A stretch of 64,000 nucleotides of DNA from a bacterium (GTDB lineage Bacteria; Zhuqueibacterota; QNDG01; CAYUAG01): assembly GCA_046483025.1 (NCBI GenBank), contig JAWODZ010000105.1, forward strand, positions 7,206-71,205, written 5' to 3'. This document shows positions 54,899-64,000 of this stretch, piece after piece. The notes below the pieces were generated by a model. It was not told the origin of the DNA. It saw only the letters and a program-made list of their open reading frames with translations, and did no database searches. Every line of letters starts with the position of its first letter. Position 1 is the first letter of the stretch. The position numbers and the translations under genes are program-made.

Positions 54899-56461
54899 AT
54901 GGCAAAGAAAAAAAGTAAAATTTTATGGGTGGATGATGAAATCGATCATCTAAAATCTCACATTCTTTTTCTGGAACAGAGAGGATATCTGGTTGTTCCG
55001 GTAACCAATGCTGAAGATGCCATAACCTATGTAAAAAAAGAGTATTTTGATCTTATTCTTGTTGATGAAGTGATGCCCGGCCTTCAGGGGCTGGAGGCAG
55101 TATCCATATTAAAAGACATCAATCCTTCTCTGCCTATAATTATGATCACTAAGAGTGAAGAAGAAAACTTGATGGAAGAAGCTATTGGCGAAAATATAGA
55201 TGATTATTTAACCAAACCTGTTAATCCAAGTCAGATTCTTTCCTCCTGTAAAAGAATTTTAGAAAAGAAAAGAATTGCAGATGAAAAACTTATTAGAGAT
55301 TATACTCAGGAGTTTCGGAAAATTTCATCTATGCTGAATCAATCAATTTCCTACAATGACTGGATTAGTATTTTTACCAGCCTGGCAGAGAGAATGGTTG
55401 ATATTGATAATTATCCCAATTCCGAGCTTCGTCAAATAATTGATGACCAGTTAAAGGAATGTAATAGTGTTTTTGGAAATTATATTGAAAATAATTATTT
55501 GAATTGGATACAGGGAAATGACAGACCAGTTTTATCTCCGGATATAATTACAAAATATGTAATCCCTTTGCTTAAAAAAAAGCAGAAGGTGCTTTTTATT
55601 CTCATTGATAATTTACGGGTTGATCAATGGATGTCGATTGAACCCGTATTATATGAGTTTTTTAATATAAAGCGAGAATATTACTATTCCATTCTGCCAA
55701 CAGCTACTCCTTACAGCAGGAATAGTATATTTGCTGGTATGTTTCCCTATGAAATTGAAAAAATTCATCCTAAACTTTGGAAATTAAGTGACGATGATGA
55801 ATCCAGTCAAAATAGATACGAGGATAAATTTTTGGGAGAACAGTTGCAAAGAAGGGGGGTACATCTTGATAATGCATTTAAATATGTTAAGATTGTCAAT
55901 CAAAAAAAAGCAAAAGAAACTGTAAAGAAAATAAATGAATATTTATCTGTTCCCTTGACAGCAATGGTTTTTAATTTTGTTGATATTCTCTCTCACCGCA
56001 GCAGTGAATCGGAGATAATCCAGGAAATTATTCCTGATGAGTCTGCATACCGATCCTTAACTAAAAGCTGGTTCCAACATTCTCCTCTGTATTCGATTTT
56101 AAAGATTGTTGCGCAAGAGGATGTGAAGGTTATAATTACCAGTGATCATGGTTCAATACTTACTAAACGGGGTTCTACAGTGTATGCTGACCGGGAAACC
56201 TCCACCAACCTCAGGTATAAATATGGTAAAGGAATTAGAGGTGATAAAAAAGATTTAATCGAAGTGAAAGATCCCACCACTTTTGGTCTTCCCAGAAAAG
56301 GGTTGAATATAAATTATTTAATTGCAAAAGAAGATGTTTGTTTTATTTATCCTACCAATTACCATAAATTTAATACTAAATTTAATAACAGCTTACAGCA
56401 CGGTGGTGTTTCATTACAGGAAATGATCCTGCCAATTATTTCACTGGAAAATAAAAAATAA
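54899..56461 (+). CDS. porX: PorX-type response regulator: CheY-like receiver + PglZ (alkaline-phosphatase-superfamily) domain
   Basis: REC with WVDDE, LILVDEVMPG (phospho-Asp), TKP. C-terminal PglZ with TSDHGS. Length matches P. gingivalis PorX. Confidence 0.7.
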   Translation: MAKKKSKILWVDDEIDHLKSHILFLEQRGYLVVPVTNAEDAITYVKKEYFDLILVDEVMPGLQGLEAVSILKDINPSLPIIMITKSEEENLMEEAIGENIDDYLTKPVNPSQILSSCKRILEKKRIADEKLIRDYTQEFRKISSMLNQSISYNDWISIFTSLAERMVDIDNYPNSELRQIIDDQLKECNSVFGNYIENNYLNWIQGNDRPVLSPDIITKYVIPLLKKKQKVLFILIDNLRVDQWMSIEPVLYEFFNIKREYYYSILPTATPYSRNSIFAGMFPYEIEKIHPKLWKLSDDDESSQNRYEDKFLGEQLQRRGVHLDNAFKYVKIVNQKKAKETVKKINEYLSVPLTAMVFNFVDILSHRSSESEIIQEIIPDESAYRSLTKSWFQHSPLYSILKIVAQEDVKVIITSDHGSILTKRGSTVYADRETSTNLRYKYGKGIRGDKKDLIEVKDPTTFGLPRKGLNINYLIAKEDVCFIYPTNYHKFNTKFNNSLQHGGVSLQEMILPIISLENKK

Positions 56462-56473
56462 TAATCAACATTC

Positions 56474-56959
56474 ATGAAAAAAAAAGATGTTCAAATCACG
56501 ACCAGAAATACAGAAGAAACCTTTCAGTTGGGTAAGCATTTTGTTTCTTTTCTGAGCAAGGGAGATGTAGTAGCCTTATATGGAGAATTGGGCAGTGGGA
56601 AGACGGTATTTGTGAAGGGTGCTTGCTCAGGTTTGGGTATAGAAAAAGAAGTGACAAGTCCTAGTTTTATCCTTATGCAAAAGTATATTGGCAAGGTACA
56701 GGTCTATCACTTTGATTTTTACAGAATCACCTCAGAACCAGAAATAGAAGCATTGGATATTGAAAACTATTTTTATAGCGATGGTATTTCATTTATTGAA
56801 TGGCCTGAAATTGCTGATTTTTTACTTCCGGAATCAACCTTTAAAATATTTTTTAAGCGTTCAATAAAGAATAATAACGTTGTGGAGGGAGTTAGAGTTA
56901 TTACCATAACCGTGCCGAGAAACAGAAGGATTTCAGGATATGAGAGTTTTGGGAGTTGA
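56474..56959 (+). CDS. tsaE: tRNA threonylcarbamoyladenosine biosynthesis protein TsaE
   Basis: Walker A GELGSGKT, SPSF motif. Confidence 0.8.
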   Translation: MKKKDVQITTRNTEETFQLGKHFVSFLSKGDVVALYGELGSGKTVFVKGACSGLGIEKEVTSPSFILMQKYIGKVQVYHFDFYRITSEPEIEALDIENYFYSDGISFIEWPEIADFLLPESTFKIFFKRSIKNNNVVEGVRVITITVPRNRRISGYESFGS

Positions 56960-57611
56960 TACAGCCACGTCAGTATGCAGTGTAGGGATTGCAGGTGAGG
57001 GTGGCTTTGAAGCTGATTACAGAATAAACCGGGGATATATTCATGGAGAATATCTTTCCATTGCTATAAAGGAAGTTTTAAAATCCTGTGATATTTCTCT
57101 TAAGGATATTGATGGTTTTGCTGTTTCCATTGGTCCTGGTTCTTTTACAGGTTTACGGATTGGATTGGCAGTGATTAAGGGGATTATGCTGGGTGAAAAA
57201 CGACCGGTTGCTGCTGTACCTACTATGGATGGGTTAATACATCAGGTTCCGCCAATTAGCAGGAAAGGGTGTGTCATGCTGGTAGCAAGGAAAAAAGAAG
57301 TGTATCAGGGCATTTACCGGTATTCGGATGGAAGATGGAAAAAAGAAGAAAAATACCAGGTGGTAAATGAAAAGGATATTGGCAAAGGGTTTAGTGAAGA
57401 AGATATTGTTTTTATCGGAAATGGCACAGAAAAGTTTTTTCATGAAATTTCAGATAGAGTAGATAATCCTGTTTTTCTTGCACAAAATTTTTCTTTACCC
57501 AGTGGATTTGGTGTTGCAGGACTGGGAAGAGAAATGATAAAAGAGGGTAAAGAGGCAGATATTGAATCTTTGGTTCCGCTCTATGTAAAATCTTTCAAGG
57601 GAATAATGTAA
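56940..57611 (+). CDS. tsaB: tRNA t6A biosynthesis protein TsaB (inactive Kae1/YeaZ paralog)
   Basis: MRVLGVDTATS N-terminus, ASKHA fold, GPGSFTGLRIG. Confidence 0.8.
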   Translation: MRVLGVDTATSVCSVGIAGEGGFEADYRINRGYIHGEYLSIAIKEVLKSCDISLKDIDGFAVSIGPGSFTGLRIGLAVIKGIMLGEKRPVAAVPTMDGLIHQVPPISRKGCVMLVARKKEVYQGIYRYSDGRWKKEEKYQVVNEKDIGKGFSEEDIVFIGNGTEKFFHEISDRVDNPVFLAQNFSLPSGFGVAGLGREMIKEGKEADIESLVPLYVKSFKGIM

Positions 57612-57897
57612 TAGGTGGTAAAAGAGAAATTATGATTATTAAATTTTTTACATTAATTGTATGAGAATGACGATTGCAGAACTGAGCAAAAATTATTATA
57701 TTAAAGTGTTGGATTTTGTGAGGTCTTTAGGAAATGTTCAGGTTTTAGGTTTTAAAATTTTTAGTTCAGGGTTTACAGACAATAAAGATTAAACAATACT
57801 ATGAAGAGCGTAGAATTAATAACTTTTAACCTTGAATCATAAACCTGTTCACCTGAAAAGCTGTGAGTTTTATTTATTAATAGATTAAGAGGGAATA

Positions 57898-58746
57898 ATG
57901 GATTGGTTTAAAAGAATTACACCTGGACTGAAAACTCAGAAAAAGAAAAAGATCCCTGATGGGGTGTGGCTTAAATGTGATGGCTGCGGAGAGGTTGTCT
58001 TTAAAAATAAACTGGCATTAAACAACTATGTGTGTACCAAATGTGATTTTCATTTTCGTATCAGAAGTGATAAGTATATAGAACTTTTACTTGATGAAGG
58101 CAGCTTTAAAGAAACTGAGGCGAACTTGAAGGCTGTTGATTTTCTTAATTTCAAAGACAGGAAACGGTATAAAGACAGATTAAAGGCAGCTACGGGAAAA
58201 GCAGGAATTAATGAAGCAATTCGCACTGGGTTTGGTTCTATTGGAAATTTCCCGGTTGTATTTGGAGTAATGGATTTTGCATTTATTGGCGGAAGCATGG
58301 GATCAGTTGTGGGGGAAAAGGTTGCCCGGGCAGTTGATAAAGCTTATGAGAATAAACTTCCTCTCATTATTGTTTCTGCTACAGGGGGAGCACGAATGCA
58401 GGAGTCTATTCTATCCCTTATGCAGATGGCAAAAACATCTTCCCGGCTGGCTCGGTTTTCTGATGCTGGGGGATTGTATATCTCGATTTTAACTAATCCA
58501 ACAACTGCAGGTGTGGTTGCAAGCTATGCAATGCTGGGAGATATCCACATTGCTGAACCCGGAGCCTTGATTGGATTTGCCGGCCCCAGAGTTATTAAGC
58601 AGACCATAGGCGAAGACCTTCCTGAAGGTTTTCAAAGAGCACAATTTCAGCAAGATCATGGTTTTGTGGATATGATAGTCAACAGAAATGAAATGAAGGG
58701 AAAATTAATAAAAATACTTGAATTTTTTATTGATAAGGAGAAGTAA
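57898..58746 (+). CDS. accD: Acetyl-CoA carboxylase carboxyltransferase beta subunit AccD
   Basis: N-terminal Zn ribbon CDGCGEVV...CTKCDFH, crotonase-fold CT domain (GGARMQE). Confidence 0.85.
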   Translation: MDWFKRITPGLKTQKKKKIPDGVWLKCDGCGEVVFKNKLALNNYVCTKCDFHFRIRSDKYIELLLDEGSFKETEANLKAVDFLNFKDRKRYKDRLKAATGKAGINEAIRTGFGSIGNFPVVFGVMDFAFIGGSMGSVVGEKVARAVDKAYENKLPLIIVSATGGARMQESILSLMQMAKTSSRLARFSDAGGLYISILTNPTTAGVVASYAMLGDIHIAEPGALIGFAGPRVIKQTIGEDLPEGFQRAQFQQDHGFVDMIVNRNEMKGKLIKILEFFIDKEK

Positions 58747-58750
58747 ATTC

Positions 58751-59521
58751 ATGGCTGATACCCCCTTTATTCTGCTTACCAATGATGATGGTATTAATGC
58801 ACCAGGTCTCTCAGCTCTTTATCAGGAAGTAAATAAAATTGCAGATAGCAAAATTGTGGCTCCCTCAGTTGAATGCAGCGGAGTAGGACATGGTATTACC
58901 ATATTGGATCCCTTAAGAATAAATGAGATTCATAGTAATGGTAGTTTTTATGGATATGCTGTAGGTGGTACTACTGCTGATTGTGTAAAAACAGCCGTAT
59001 TTTCTCTGTTTGAAGAAAAACCTGATGTAGTTATCTCAGGAATTAATCTTGGTCCTAACACCGGGATTAATATGTTTTATTCAGGAACGGTATCAGGTGC
59101 TGCTGAAGGCGCAATTTTAGGTATTCCTTCATTTGCAATTTCTCTGGCAACCTTTACCAACCCGGATTTTACTTATGCTGCAAAATTTGCCAGAAAGTTT
59201 GCTGATAAAATAATTGATAAAAAAATTCCAAAGGGGATTTTTTTAAATGTTAATGTTCCACCCTGTCCGGAAGAGCAGGTAAAGGGGATTAAAGTCACTT
59301 CTCAGGGTAAAGCCATTTATAAGGAAAAATACGATGAGAGGATAGATCCTTTTGGAAGACATTATTACTGGCTGACCGGTCATAAAATAAAACAAAATAG
59401 AAGTCTTGAAATTGATGAAAGTGCAGTTCAGGCTGATTATATTTCCATAACCCCTCTGCATATTGATATGACTAATTATAATTTTATCAGTAAGTTAAAA
59501 GAGTGGGATATTGTAAGATAA
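58751..59521 (+). CDS. surE: 5'/3'-nucleotidase SurE
   Basis: ILLTNDDGINAPGL N-terminal motif, start at MADTPF. Confidence 0.85.
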   Translation: MADTPFILLTNDDGINAPGLSALYQEVNKIADSKIVAPSVECSGVGHGITILDPLRINEIHSNGSFYGYAVGGTTADCVKTAVFSLFEEKPDVVISGINLGPNTGINMFYSGTVSGAAEGAILGIPSFAISLATFTNPDFTYAAKFARKFADKIIDKKIPKGIFLNVNVPPCPEEQVKGIKVTSQGKAIYKEKYDERIDPFGRHYYWLTGHKIKQNRSLEIDESAVQADYISITPLHIDMTNYNFISKLKEWDIVR

Positions 59522-59616
59522 TAATGATGAGTTTAATAGAAAAGACATTTCCCACGAAATACACGAAATTCACTAAATATTTTTTTAATGATCAGGAGTA
59601 GATGAAAGGGTAGGCG

Positions 59617-61143
59617 TTGGAAGAAGTAATTATTATTCTTGATTTTGGTTCTCAGTATACCCAGCTTATTGCCAGAAGAGTACGGGAGCATAATGTTTAC
59701 TGTGAAATATTACCTTTTAATACTGATATTAAAGACATTAAATCCAAAAATCCTCGAGGCATAATTCTCTCCGGAGGGCCGTCCAGTGTATTTCTTGAAA
59801 ATGCACCTTTACCATCTGATGCCACATTTACATCCGGTATTCCCCTGTTGGGTATTTGTTACGGTTTGCAGATGATAGGAAAATTTTTTAAGGGGAAAGT
59901 CAGTCAAGCTAAGAGACGTGAATACGGGTATGCCCGGTTTGTGGTTGATGATAAAAGTAATTTGTTCCATGATTTACCTGAATCATTTGATGTCTGGATG
60001 AGTCACGGGGATCATATAGAACAGTTGCCGGAAGGTTTTATTCCTACGGGGCATACTGAAAATGCTCCCATTGCGGCAATTGCAGATCCAAAGAGAAAAA
60101 TTTTCGGCATACAGTTTCATCCCGAAGTGGTTCATACCTCAAGAGGCAGTGATATATTGGCGAATTTTTTATTTAGGATATGCAATTGTTCCGGAAATTG
60201 GACTCCTGAGCAGTTTGCAGATTTAACCATTGAGAGAATAAAAGAAAAAGTTGGTGATAGTAAAGTTATTTGCGGGGTTTCCGGAGGTGTAGATTCTACT
60301 GTAACTGCATATTTACTCCATAGGGCAATTGGAGATAATTTTATTCCTATTTTTGTAAATAACGGTTTGCTCAGAAAGGGTGAAGCTGAAGAAGTCCGCA
60401 GGGTTTTTAGTAATATGGAACTTCATTATATTGATGCCTCAGATGAATTTTTGAGGGATTTAAAGCAAGTAGTTGATCCGGAAAAAAAACGAAAGATTAT
60501 CGGCAAGAAATTTATAGATATTTTTGAACGAGAAGCAAAGAAAGTAGGAAATATTTCTTTTCTGGCTCAAGGCACTCTTTATCCTGATGTTATTGAGAGT
60601 ATATCAACCTGGGGGCCGTCTGATACCATAAAATCTCATCATAATGTCGGAGGCCTGCCGGATAAAATGAATCTTTGTTTAATTGAACCTCTGCGGGAGC
60701 TTTTTAAGGACGAAGTAAGAGAGGTGGGTAAAGTTCTGAATATAGATAAAAAAATTTTAATGCGACATCCTTTTCCGGGACCGGGACTGGCTATACGGAT
60801 TTTAGGTGAGATAACAGAAAAAAGATTAAAACTGCTACGGGACGCAGATGATATTTTTATTACCGAATTAAAAAAGTCCGGATGGTATGATAAAGTATGG
60901 CAAGCTCTGGTAGTGTTATTACCAATTCAAAGTGTGGGAGTCATGGGTGATGAAAGAACTTATGAAAATGTTGCTTCCCTGCGGTCAGTGAACAGTTTGG
61001 ATGGAATGACAGCTGATTGGTCTAAGTTCCCTATGGAGCTTTTACAGAAAGTATCAAACAGAATTATAAATGAAATTAAAGGGATCAACAGAGTGGTGTA
61101 TGACATCAGTTCAAAACCACCGGCAACTATTGAATGGGAATAA
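59617..61143 (+). CDS. guaA: GMP synthase (glutamine-hydrolysing) GuaA
   Basis: [18 protein letters not shown], GATase Cys (GICYGLQ), PP-loop SGGVDSTV; TTG start. Confidence 0.9.
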   Translation: MEEVIIILDFGSQYTQLIARRVREHNVYCEILPFNTDIKDIKSKNPRGIILSGGPSSVFLENAPLPSDATFTSGIPLLGICYGLQMIGKFFKGKVSQAKRREYGYARFVVDDKSNLFHDLPESFDVWMSHGDHIEQLPEGFIPTGHTENAPIAAIADPKRKIFGIQFHPEVVHTSRGSDILANFLFRICNCSGNWTPEQFADLTIERIKEKVGDSKVICGVSGGVDSTVTAYLLHRAIGDNFIPIFVNNGLLRKGEAEEVRRVFSNMELHYIDASDEFLRDLKQVVDPEKKRKIIGKKFIDIFEREAKKVGNISFLAQGTLYPDVIESISTWGPSDTIKSHHNVGGLPDKMNLCLIEPLRELFKDEVREVGKVLNIDKKILMRHPFPGPGLAIRILGEITEKRLKLLRDADDIFITELKKSGWYDKVWQALVVLLPIQSVGVMGDERTYENVASLRSVNSLDGMTADWSKFPMELLQKVSNRIINEIKGINRVVYDISSKPPATIEWE

Positions 61144-61164
61144 TTAAATGAGGTTACATGGCTT

Positions 61165-62997
61165 ATGTGCGGAATAATTGGATATACCGGAAGCAATAAC
61201 AGTTCAATTTTATCACTGTTAATTAATGGATTAAAAAGGCTGGAATATCGAGGATACGATTCCGCGGGCGTTACGGTACTGAAAGATAATAAAATTTGGA
61301 TAAAAAAAACCAAAGGAAAAATTAATACTCTGGAAAAACAGATTTGTGAAGAAAGTATCAGTTCCAAGGTTGGAATCGGACATACTCGCTGGGCAACACA
61401 TGGAGAGCCTTCCCAGATAAATGCACATCCTCATCTTGACTGTAAAAACAATATTGCTCTGGTACATAATGGCATAATTGAGAACTATAAACGTTTAAAG
61501 TCAGAATTAATTTCTGACGGACATACATTTGTATCGGATACTGATTCGGAAGTTTTGGTTCATTTGATAGAACATTTTTATGAAAATGATTTAGAATTAG
61601 CTATAAGAACAGCTTTACAGGTGGTAGAAGGTACGTTTGGTATAGTGGTTTTATCATCTTATACCCCTGATAAGATTTTTGCAGCCCGAAGATCCAGTCC
61701 TTTGGTTATCGGATTAGGTGATGGGGAGTCGTTGGTTGCTTCTGACGGCTCAGCTTTGGTTGAACATACCAGAAAAGTTATATATCTTGAAGATGATGAA
61801 TTAGCCGTGATTGATTCCGATAATGTTTCTATTAAAACCTTGCAGAATCATACAGTGACCAGAGCTGTGGAAAAATTACCCTTTGATCTTAAAAATATCC
61901 AGAAAGATGGCTATCCTCATTTTATGTTGAAAGAGATTGATGAGCAGAGCCATACAATTCTGGATTCCATGCGGGGCAGAGTTATGTTAGAAGACGGAAC
62001 CGCAAAATTAGGCGGTTTGGATGGATGGTGGGATCGGATTGTGAAAAGCAAACGATTTATCATTACTGCCTGTGGCACATCCTGGCATTCAGCATTAATA
62101 GGCAAGTATCTCATTGAAAGGCTGGCCCGGGTTCCGGTTGAAGTGGCCTATGGTTCAGAATTCCGTTATCGGGATCCTATCTTATCAGAAAATGATACAG
62201 TAGTTGTTGTCAGCCAGTCCGGTGAAACAGCAGATACTCTGGCTGCAGTGAAAGAGGCGAAAAACAAGGGTGCTCTTACTCTGGGAATATGTAATGTGGT
62301 GGGAAGTTCAATAGCACGGCAGACCGATGCTGGAATTTATTTACATGCCGGACCGGAAATCGGAGTAGCATCTACAAAAGCATTTACTTCACAGGTAATA
62401 GTGTTAACCTTGTTTGCCCTTAGTCTGGGACGAAGAGGGCATCTTTCTGCTGAAGCAGGTTTGAAAATAGCTCAGGAACTCATGGAGATTCCTCAAAAAA
62501 TTAAAAGAATTTTACAGGGAAAAGAAAAAATAAAAGAGATTGCTTCTGAACTGGTAGAAAATGAAAATGCTCTCTATTTAGGTCGTGGTTTTAATTACCC
62601 GGTTGCTCTGGAAGGAGCTTTAAAAATGAAAGAGATTTCTTATATTCATGCCGAAGGGTATCCAGCTGCAGAAATGAAACATGGCCCCATTGCTCTCATT
62701 GATGAGAAAATGCCGGTGATTTTTATCGCTGTTAAGGATCCGGTATATGAAAAAATAATAAGTAATATCGAAGAAGTGAAGGCCAGAGGCGGCTGGGTGA
62801 TCGCAGTGATCAATGAGGAGGATAATGATGTGAGTAAAATTGCTGATCGAGTAATCAGAATTTCAAAAGTACAGCAATCTTTAAGTCCGGTTTTAACTGT
62901 CATTCCTTTGCAGTTATTGGCTTATTATACAGCGGTTTTTAAGGGGTGTGATGTTGATCAACCCCGTAACCTTGCTAAAAGTGTTACAGTTGAGTAA
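61165..62997 (+). CDS. glmS: Glutamine--fructose-6-phosphate aminotransferase GlmS
   Basis: MCGIIGY Ntn-Cys, two SIS domains, C-terminal ...KSVTVE. Confidence 0.9.
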   Translation: MCGIIGYTGSNNSSILSLLINGLKRLEYRGYDSAGVTVLKDNKIWIKKTKGKINTLEKQICEESISSKVGIGHTRWATHGEPSQINAHPHLDCKNNIALVHNGIIENYKRLKSELISDGHTFVSDTDSEVLVHLIEHFYENDLELAIRTALQVVEGTFGIVVLSSYTPDKIFAARRSSPLVIGLGDGESLVASDGSALVEHTRKVIYLEDDELAVIDSDNVSIKTLQNHTVTRAVEKLPFDLKNIQKDGYPHFMLKEIDEQSHTILDSMRGRVMLEDGTAKLGGLDGWWDRIVKSKRFIITACGTSWHSALIGKYLIERLARVPVEVAYGSEFRYRDPILSENDTVVVVSQSGETADTLAAVKEAKNKGALTLGICNVVGSSIARQTDAGIYLHAGPEIGVASTKAFTSQVIVLTLFALSLGRRGHLSAEAGLKIAQELMEIPQKIKRILQGKEKIKEIASELVENENALYLGRGFNYPVALEGALKMKEISYIHAEGYPAAEMKHGPIALIDEKMPVIFIAVKDPVYEKIISNIEEVKARGGWVIAVINEEDNDVSKIADRVIRISKVQQSLSPVLTVIPLQLLAYYTAVFKGCDVDQPRNLAKSVTVE

Positions 62998-63013
62998 TCT
63001 ATGAGGTGATAAA

Positions 63014-64000
63014 ATGAGAAGATTAAAGATAATATTAGCAGCAGTTATACTTTTAGGATTCAGTTTGGGATCAAATAGAGTGATGGGGCAGAATCAGGGG
63101 GCAGTTGATACTCTTTTCTATGAGGGAATACATTATTTTAATAATAAAGATTATAAGAGAGCCTTAGAGATCTTTCGTCTTTTAGATAGGGTGTATGATA
63201 ATCATTCCCGTCTGACTGCATCACTGTTAATGCAGGGTAAATCATATTATCATATTGATGCTTATCAACAATCCTTGGAGAAGTTTGATAGTATAATTAA
63301 GGATTTCCCGGAAAGTGATTATTATGATGATGCCTTGTATAATAAAATGGTGGTATATTATAAGATGAATATGATAAAAAAGGCAGTGATACATGGGATG
63401 AAGCTTCTGGAACATGGTGGAGATGAACGGGTTCTCAAAAAGGGAGCGGATCTTTCTGCTTTATTAATGAAGACTAAAATGAGCATATCGGAATTAAAAG
63501 AACTTTTAAATGAGATACAGGGGGAGAGAGGAAAGGCAGCTGTTACCTTGCAGATTGCGTATAAGGAAATTAATGAAGAACATTATCAAACTGTTATAAA
63601 ATTCATTCATCAGTTTTTAGAATTATATCCTGAGAGTAAATATAGAAGTAGAATGGAAACCCTGCTTAGCAAAGCTGAAAGATTGGGAAGGGATAAATTA
63701 AAAATAGGAGTACTTTTGCCTTTGAGCGGTACATATGCAGAACAGGGTAATAGATTGTTGAATGGTATCAGGTTTGCTGTGGATAAGTTTAACCAGGAAT
63801 CAGGCAATTCAGTAGATATTATTTCTTACGATTCAGAGAGTAATATTGTAAAGGCTATCCAGATTGCTAAAGAATTAGGTGAGAATGCAGAAATAGTGGC
63901 AGTAATTGGTGAGTATGATGATAAAATTACCGCTGCTGTTGCAGGAATTACTCAGTCTTTTGGGCTTCCGCTCATTGCTCCTACTGCAGTTATGAACGGT
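63014..64000 (+). CDS. Periplasmic TPR-repeat + Leu/Ile/Val-binding-protein-like (type I PBP) protein, 3' end beyond window
   Basis: Signal peptide MRRLKIILAAVILLGFSLGS. TPR-like helical repeats. Then LKIGVLLPLSGTYAEQG...FAVDKFN...LPLIAPTA typical of LivK-like binding proteins. Not in the ORF track because no stop is reached. Confidence 0.55.
   Translation, partial: MRRLKIILAAVILLGFSLGSNRVMGQNQGAVDTLFYEGIHYFNNKDYKRALEIFRLLDRVYDNHSRLTASLLMQGKSYYHIDAYQQSLEKFDSIIKDFPESDYYDDALYNKMVVYYKMNMIKKAVIHGMKLLEHGGDERVLKKGADLSALLMKTKMSISELKELLNEIQGERGKAAVTLQIAYKEINEEHYQTVIKFIHQFLELYPESKYRSRMETLLSKAERLGRDKLKIGVLLPLSGTYAEQGNRLLNGIRFAVDKFNQESGNSVDIISYDSESNIVKAIQIAKELGENAEIVAVIGEYDDKITAAVAGITQSFGLPLIAPTAVMNG

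Overview
The window looks like low-GC bacterial chromosome from a T9SS-bearing (FCB-group-like) organism. The evidence is two proteins ending in T9SS C-terminal sorting domains and a PorX-type REC-PglZ response regulator (a regulator of T9SS in Porphyromonas), read by eye and not searched. Candidate-phylum placement such as Cloacimonadota is speculation.

Most of the window is densely packed housekeeping genes:
- Left end, minus strand: a heavy-metal efflux module (partial CusB-like adaptor, TolC-like OMF, secreted YHS-domain protein).
- A tightly packed ~7.5 kb minus-strand sulfur-trafficking / Fe-S / thiolation operon: tusA, dsrE-like, nifS, nifU, nadA, rhodanese, rrf2, larE-like, mnmA, HypE-like.
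- Further along: tRNA-Pro(CGG), mltG, pcrA, thrBC, recN, murA, dnaE and purSL-purQ.
- Right-hand third: leuS, secDF, purA, tsaEB, accD, surE, guaA and glmS.

The most unusual part is ~31.5-43.1 kb, between purQ and leuS. It is an accessory segment delimited and subdivided by clusters of GC-rich palindromic REP-like repeat units that recur in mosaic form. It carries:
- a VapBC toxin-antitoxin pair;
- a 4.5 kb module flanked by 31-bp direct repeats, encoding a multidomain secreted protein with an internally placed T9SS-CTD-like domain;
- a remarkable Cys/Asp/Gly-rich secreted protein interrupted by an in-frame amber codon;
- an isochorismatase / TrxR-like flavoprotein / RlmN-Cfr-like radical-SAM cassette;
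- a BNR-repeat T9SS cargo protein.

Other notable items:
- a MITE-like ~230 bp inverted-repeat element upstream of dnaE;
- two paralogous purine-rich noncoding tracts;
- a propeller/Y_Y_Y sensor whose kinase module is replaced by a Cys-rich zinc-ribbon-like tail;
- a possible new LarE-like/HypE-like thiolation pathway embedded in the sulfur operon.
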